A DNA stretch of 64,000 bases. It comes from Eledone cirrhosa. Taxonomy: Eukaryota. The DNA lies in NCBI GenBank assembly GCA_964016885.1, contig OZ024751.1, positions 26,226,001-26,290,000 on the forward strand, in the 5' to 3' direction. The notes beneath the pieces were generated by a model. It saw only the letters and a list, made by a program, of their open reading frames with translations, ran no database searches and was not told where the DNA came from. Made by a program: the position numbers and the translations under genes. Of this stretch, positions 57,495 through 64,000 are shown one piece after another; position 1 is the first letter of the stretch; every line of letters starts with the position of its first letter.

Positions 57495-58365
57495 TGAGTG
57501 AAAGAACATGATCATGAATACAAGCAGCCGGAGTGAAGAGTTACTTGATAGTGTGCTTAGCTCGGAGATCAGTCATTCCAGGTAGAGCCACTACTTCTTC
57601 AAATTGAGATATTACAGCTCCGATACTATGGGCATGTGGTTATCACAGCTCCGATACTATGGACATGTGGTTATCACAGCTCCGATACTATGGCCATGTG
57701 GTTATCACAGCTCCGATACTATGGCCATGTGGTTATCACAGCTCCGATACTATGGACATGTGGTTATCACAGCTCCGATACTATGGCCATGTGGTTATCA
57801 CAGCTCCGATACTATGGCCAGGTGGTATCACAGCTCCGATACTATGGACATGTGGTTATCACAGCTCCAATACTATGGGCATGTGGTTATCACAGCTCCG
57901 ATACTATGGGCATGTGGTTATCACAGCTCCAATACTATGGACATGTGGTTATCACAGCTCCGATACTATGGACATGTGGTTATCACAGCTCCGATACTAT
58001 GGACATGTGGTTATCACAGCTCCGATACTATGGACATGTGGTTATCACAGCTCCAATACTATGGGCATGTGGTTATCACAGCTCCAATACTATGGGCATG
58101 TGGTTATCACAGCTCCGATACTATGGACATGTGGTTATCACAGCTCCGATACTATGGACATGTGGTTAGAATGTCTCAAGAAAGAATCACTGGACAGATT
58201 TTACGGGAAAAACCAACTGGCAGGAGACCCAGGGGTAGACCCCGAACAAGATGGTTGGATAACATCTATGAACTTGGCTGGTCTTGCATGGAAATGATTG
58301 CTTCTGACGAGACACACTGGAAGACGTGTTTGCGGACTCTTCCCCCACAACCCTCTCAGGAATAG
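57495..58365 (+). mobile_element. RTE-clade (Rex3/Expander-like) LINE 3' remnant interrupted by an internal minisatellite expansion
   Basis: VEPLLLQIEILQLRYYGHV...SQLRYYGHVVRMSQERITGQILREKPTGRRPRGRPRTRWLDNI. Confidence 0.88.
57612..58168. repeat. 31-bp minisatellite, ~18 copies
   Basis: Unit tatcacagctccgatactatggacatgtggt. Confidence 0.97.
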
Positions 58366-58449
58366 GTGAGTGAAGAAGGGTTTATATATACTAATATATA
58401 TATATACAACCCTCATCGCCATACCATACTAATACACATATATAACCCT

Positions 58450-58830
58450 CATACCACACTGCATACCATACCATAACATACCACACACCATACCATACTG
58501 CATACCATACCACACTGCATACCATACCACACCATAACATACCATACCATACTGCATACCACACACCATACTATACCCTGCTATATACCATACTATATCA
58601 TACTATACCCTGCTATATACCATACTATATCATACTATACCCTGCTATATACCATACTATATCATACTATACCCTGCTATATACCATACTATATCATACT
58701 ATACCCTGCTATATACCATACTATATCATACTACACCATACTATACCCTGCTATATACCATACTATATCATACTATACCCTGCTATATACCATACCATAC
58801 CCTGCTTTATACCATACTATATACCATACC
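58450..58830. repeat. (CATAC)n-derived / 32-bp satellite; related 12-bp satellite at 59155-59500
   Basis: Units ctataccctgctatataccatactatatcata and tataccacacca. Confidence 0.9.
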
Positions 58831-59979
58831 ATATATATGTATAGTCCCGTGCCTCATAAGAAAGTCGTATTTCTAGGGTGTGTTTGAAAACCTGGTGGAG
58901 CCCATCTCTCCAGGTCTAAATACAGGAGATTTCTTCTAGAGAAGAAGAGAGAGTGAGAGCGAATGGAAGTGAGAAAGAGATATAGAGGAAGAATTTCCCC
59001 CAGTACTTGACTGGTACTTTATTTATCGACCTTGAATGGATGAAAGGCAAAGTTAACCTCGGCTGGACTTGAACTGGGAGAACTCAGAACTGAACTGAAT
59101 ACAGCAAATCTTTCTATCTGACTTTGTAAAGACTCTGCCACTTGGCAGCCTTTTACCATATACCACACTATATACCACGCTTTATACCACACCATATACC
59201 ACGCTTTATACCACACCATATACCACACTATATACCACGCTTTATACCACACCATATACCGCACTATATACCACGCTTTATACCGCACTATATACCACAC
59301 CATATACCACACTTTATACCACACCATATACCACGCTTTATACCGCACTATATACCACACCATATACCACGCTTTATACCACACCATATACCGCACTTTG
59401 TACCACACCATATACCACACTATATACCACACTTTATACCACACCATATACCACACTTTATACCACACTATATACCACACTATATCTCACACTTTATACC
59501 ATGACAGATGCTGTATTCTGTCTGTTTAGTTCCACCATAACACAACCATATTCTATGACTCATAATATTTCATATACAGCTATTTCTCTCTACTGTCTTC
59601 TCTCTCTCCCTCTATCTATATACCCCTCCCTCTCTCTCCCTCTATATATATACCCATCTCTCTCTCTCTCACACACAAACACAGTCTTCATCCCTCCCTC
59701 TCCCCCTCCAGTAACCATGTTTTCACGGTTAGATCAAAGAATATAAATTAATGTGACAACACATCGCATCAAGTCTTGTTTTCATCCATCACTGATCTCT
59801 CTCTCTCTTTCATTTTCTCTCTCTATATATATCTCTATCTTCTCTCTCCTCTCTCTCTTCTCTCTCTCATCTACTAAACTATCTCTCCTCTCCTGCACCA
59901 AACTCCCTCTCTCTGGTTCTGGTACCAAATTCCCTCTCTATTCATTCCCCTTTGTTTTGATATCAACCTCACTGACCCA

Positions 59980-60195
59980 CACTAGTGTTAACTAGTGACA
60001 CTATAGTCAAGTCACTAGTGTTAACTAGTGACACTACAGTCAACAGTCACTAGTGTTAACTAGTGACACTATAGTCAAGTCACTAGTGTTAACTAGTGAC
60101 ACTATAGTCAAGTCACTAGTGTTAACTAGTGACACTATAGTCAAGTCACTAGTGTTAACTAGTGACACTACAGTCAACAGTCACTAGTGTTAACT
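59980..60195. repeat. 33-35-bp palindromic minisatellite, ~6 copies
   Basis: Unit gtcactagt-gtta-actagtgac-actatagtcaa. Confidence 0.93.
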
Positions 60196-60569
60196 TGTAT
60201 TACATTGACACTGGATTGAAGCATAGAGTTATGTTCCTTTATGGTCTGAGTTCAAATCCCGCCGAGGTTAACTTTGCCTTTCATCCTTATGGGGTCGATA
60301 AAATAAAGTACCAGTAATGTACTGGGTAATTGCTGGCCTTCTGCCAAAAGTAGAAACAATTATATTGACACTATAAACACTACACGAGAACTTCATTCAG
60401 TGCATGTTGAAGTCCTCTTGTAGTTTCTGTAGACCAGGTACTGTGGCTTGTTACAGCAAGAGTCTGGTCATTCCCCGTGGGGTGTGGTTGAGGTACCGCT
60501 CAGACTGGTTGAGGTATCTCTCCCTTTCTTTCGTGGCTTCATCCATCTTTTTTCTTTCTTTTTTGTTCA

Positions 60570-60860
60570 CCTTAAAAAGGGTCCAGCGGTCTTTTGAGCA
60601 GCATGGGTTGGACAGCATGAAAGAGGAGTCAAGTCAGTGTTGCTCCATAGGTTTGGTTTGATTCTCCCACACTCCACATTAGCAGACGTTGGGTGGCTGA
60701 GCCAGTCGCCTAAATCCCAGCTGACCAAAGAAGCTTTTTCCTCACCCTGTTCTTGTTCTCGGCTGGTTGAGTACTTTCAACTGATACTGCAGTGTTTGTA
60801 AACCAGGAGAGAGGTCATCAGTTGAAGGAAGAAAAGGGTCATTGTGAAGCCTTTCTGTCC
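60570..60860 (-). mobile_element. Degenerate 3' end of an ingi/Vingi/Nimb-like LINE
   Basis: Minus-strand translation DDLSPG...LNQPRTRTG*GKSFFGQLGF...C*CG...QTKPMEQH resembles the LNRLRTG..KWG..CxCG..QTMxH terminal knuckle. Confidence 0.5.
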
Positions 60861-60904
60861 CAAAACTGAAGCCCGGTCTCCTCACCAGATCTAATAACAT
60901 AAAT

Positions 60905-61401
60905 CAGAGGTTTTCAAGGTGGGCGCTACCTCCCACCGGGGGACGTTGAGAAGGGATGTGATAGAGATAATATGATAGTATATTAAATATCAAATGATAC
61001 ATATTATATATAAATATAGTAAAATAAGAAAAATATACAATATTTATTTATTCATAGTATATATTATATTATTTGGTGGATTGGCAGTATTGGTAGAGGG
61101 TCGGACGCCATGCTTTGACATATAGAGTTACGGCCCTTGCCATTCTGAGTTCAAATCCCGCCGAGGTTAACTTTTCCTTTCATCCTTAAGGGGTCGATAA
61201 AATAAAGTACCAGTAATGCACTGGGTAATTTCTGGCCTTGTGCCTAACGTAGAAACAATTATTTATTGTATATAAATTGACGAGTTTATTATATATTATT
61301 TACAATTTGCGTGTTGGCAGGTCTCTGTGAAAATAGGGAGGGGTCTGAGGGTATTACGTAGCCGTGAGGGCGAGTGGCCCCCAAACGTTTGAGAAGCTCT
61401 G
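60905..61401. mobile_element. Possible hAT-type MITE with a nested SINE (61077-61262)
   Basis: Imperfect TIRs CAGAGGTTTTCAA / TTGAGAAGCTCTG. The 8-bp flanks match only partly. Confidence 0.45.
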
Positions 61402-61574
61402 ATTTATATGATTCTTGTGTTGTTTTCAATGTTCCTCAATGCTTCAAATGCGAACCAATTTCTATATAAATATAAATCCAATCTAGATGGAGTTGGTGTC
61501 TTGCTCTTATTAACCGTTTTCTTATTGTTTATTTTGTCGTTGTTAGTCGTTACTGTTTGAATTTCACCCCTGCC

Positions 61575-61765
61575 TCTCTCTCTCTTTCTACCACCACCCT
61601 CTCGCCACTCTCTTTCTTTCTACCACCACCCTCTCGCCACTCTCTCTCTTTCTACCACCACCCTCTCGCCACTCTCTTTCTTTCTACCACCACCCTCTCG
61701 CCACTCTCTCTCTTTCTACCACCACCCTCTCGCTACTCTCTTTCTACCACCACCCTCTCGCCAGT
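61575..61765. repeat. ~30-bp CT-rich minisatellite
   Basis: Unit ctctctttctaccaccaccctctcgcca. Confidence 0.9.
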
Positions 61766-61823
61766 GGTGACAGGTGTAAAATTAAGATTTTAAATTAGCT
61801 GACATATATAAGCTCTCTCTATC

Positions 61824-61861
<38 letters not shown>

Positions 61862-62306
61862 ATGGAGAGAGAGGTGCTCCACCCCAGTCGTTTTTATGAA
61901 AGTGGCGAGAATGGCCCGTGTGAATGGGCCTTCTCTTTACATCAGCCTGTAGGTGGAAAAGCGGAAGGAACGAGGGAGCACCCTCTCTCTGTGCTCCTGA
62001 GGAGAAGGGATTGCACACTTTTTTCGGGGGTGTGTGCGACCCCCCAAACGCCCCCTCCCTATTGAGGACTTTATTGTTAATTTTATATTTGTTATTTGTT
62101 TTCTTTACTCGCCTTTTTGTGTAAACTCCCCCCCATTGTACTTGTCCCACTTTTCGATGCCCTGGTGGCAAATAAAAAGAAACATATCTATCTATCTAAA
62201 CATATCTATATATATATATATATAATGGAAAAATTTGAACAGGAACAAAACAGAGAGGCAGTACAACGAATGTTTATTAATTTCACGCTCTGGAGAGTGG
62301 GGTGTT

Positions 62307-62363
<57 letters not shown>

Positions 62364-62407
62364 AGATCAAAAGATGGTTAAAGGAGTTCCATATATTTTA
62401 TTATGCG

Positions 62408-62492
<85 letters not shown>

Positions 62493-62641
62493 TACACACA
62501 CGATTAAAGTGTGTGTCACATACTGTTCCTTTGCAGTCATATATCGACATGTGTATATATATATATATTGTATATACACCATCACACACATCCACATTTT
62601 TATGCTTTCACAAAAGATTATATACCCCTCTCTCTCTTACC

Positions 62642-62679
<38 letters not shown>

Positions 62680-64000
62680 TACCTATATAACGTATACATA
62701 CATAAGCTGACAGTTACCTGTAACTACCAATATAAAGTATATACTCATACACAAACCGACAGTTATTATCCAGCGTGAACAAGTTCAAATGTATATAAGC
62801 TATAACCAACAGGTGTTTCTCTAGTTAAACCGCTAGAAACAGTAGCCAAATCCCCCCTCACTGTCCCTCTTCATTGAAAATTGGAGACGTTGTAAGTGGA
62901 TTTAATAAATGGAATACACCTGTCGTTTCCGACAATATTGGAACAACCTCTTCTATTTACCCCCTTTTGATACCAAACCCCCGGAAACCGACCTGGTCTT
63001 ACTATAGAAGACTGTTAGGTTTAAAATGTAGATACTTAAAAACCTTCCGCCATAATTTTATCTAAAAGCCTCTAAGTTCCAAATACCAGATTAATGGATA
63101 ACAAGTTATATTACTAAATTCCTCCAAATTTTTGATTATTTTCAAAATGATTTTAAAATCATAAGCAGAGTTTTTATATTGAGGGGAGGTGTGTGGCCTA
63201 GTGGTAAGGGTGTTGGACTTACGATCATGATGTCGTGGGTTCGATTCCTGTTGTGTTTTTGAACAAAACACTTTGTCAGTATAGTTGGGGTTTTAGCTGT
63301 GATGTCCCGGGGGAAAGTTTTGTACTCTCAGTCGAAACAGGGAGTCTGCCTCAAGCCTTATCACCACCAACAACAACAGTTTAGCCTTTGCATCAGAAAT
63401 ATGGCAATGAAATGACCACATATCTTTTCAAAAACCTTCCATGGTCAGGTTAAGCTTGTTGAAGATATCTGACGTATTATTTATGGTAGCCAAAAAATGA
63501 ATTTGGTTCCCTTTGAATATTATAGGGTCCCTGCCTGCAACTCCATCAGTCGCCTTTCTTTTAAGCTGCCATCAACATTTGTTTCAGACCGAGATCTGGT
63601 TAACCTCAGAAGCATAACTACACCCTAGACTTTATTTCCTCGTAACTTTCTTAATAATCAATAGTTATTAACATTTTATCGATACGTTTTCGAGTGTATA
63701 TTATGATTGATGAAAATGAACCCCCCACCAAAGCACACTTATTAGGGCTCCCTCGTCGACTAGTGTAATGAAACTGGTGAATCGGACGAGTTATTTTCTT
63801 TTTCTTCAAACGAGATCTTTGTCTCTGACTCTCGTTGAAGTTTATATCTAAATTACCTTATCACCACCAACAACAGTAACTCAGCCATAGACACGTGCTC
63901 TACCATCACCATTTATCCATACCTAATTATACCTGAACTACTTCACCCTACTTTCTCGTCTTTCCACCCCTCCACCTGTCTTTTCTTATCTCTTTTCCCT

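Noticed and set aside
63190-63275. tRNA-like sequence with A and B boxes (also ~9598-9670, 34020-34080)
   Set aside because: No complete cloverleaf; the 63190 copy runs into a SINE core. Interpreted as SINE heads, not tRNA genes.

Overview
Repeat-dense, AT-rich animal genomic DNA, probably a cephalopod such as Octopus (inferred from the SINE and microsatellite landscape, not proven). Almost all listed ORFs are microsatellite or minisatellite artefacts. The one host coding exon I can support is exon 1 of a G-protein alpha-i/o subunit gene (51929-52046, +), which the ORF track misses; its first intron appears to run past the window end. The rest is decayed non-LTR retrotransposons (R4/Dong-like RT and RLE, RTE, ingi/Vingi-like), tRNA-derived SINEs, small MITEs, many minisatellites and a ~7-kb near-identical tandem duplication (~2.3 copies) next to a 200-N gap. 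The main signal is hidden in the short unique islands between (TA)n tracts. These carry more than 20 hammerhead-ribozyme (HHR) motifs from many unrelated families, typical of Penelope-like or retrozyme non-autonomous retroelements, often as inverted pairs whose 3' ends point out into (TA)n. They include U3-A8 compensatory core variants (UUGAAAA). Two diverged copies (38934-39008 + and 39328-39407 -) have their three core strands in a non-circularly permuted order, supported by covariation between the copies. All structures were read by eye; none was folded computationally or tested.
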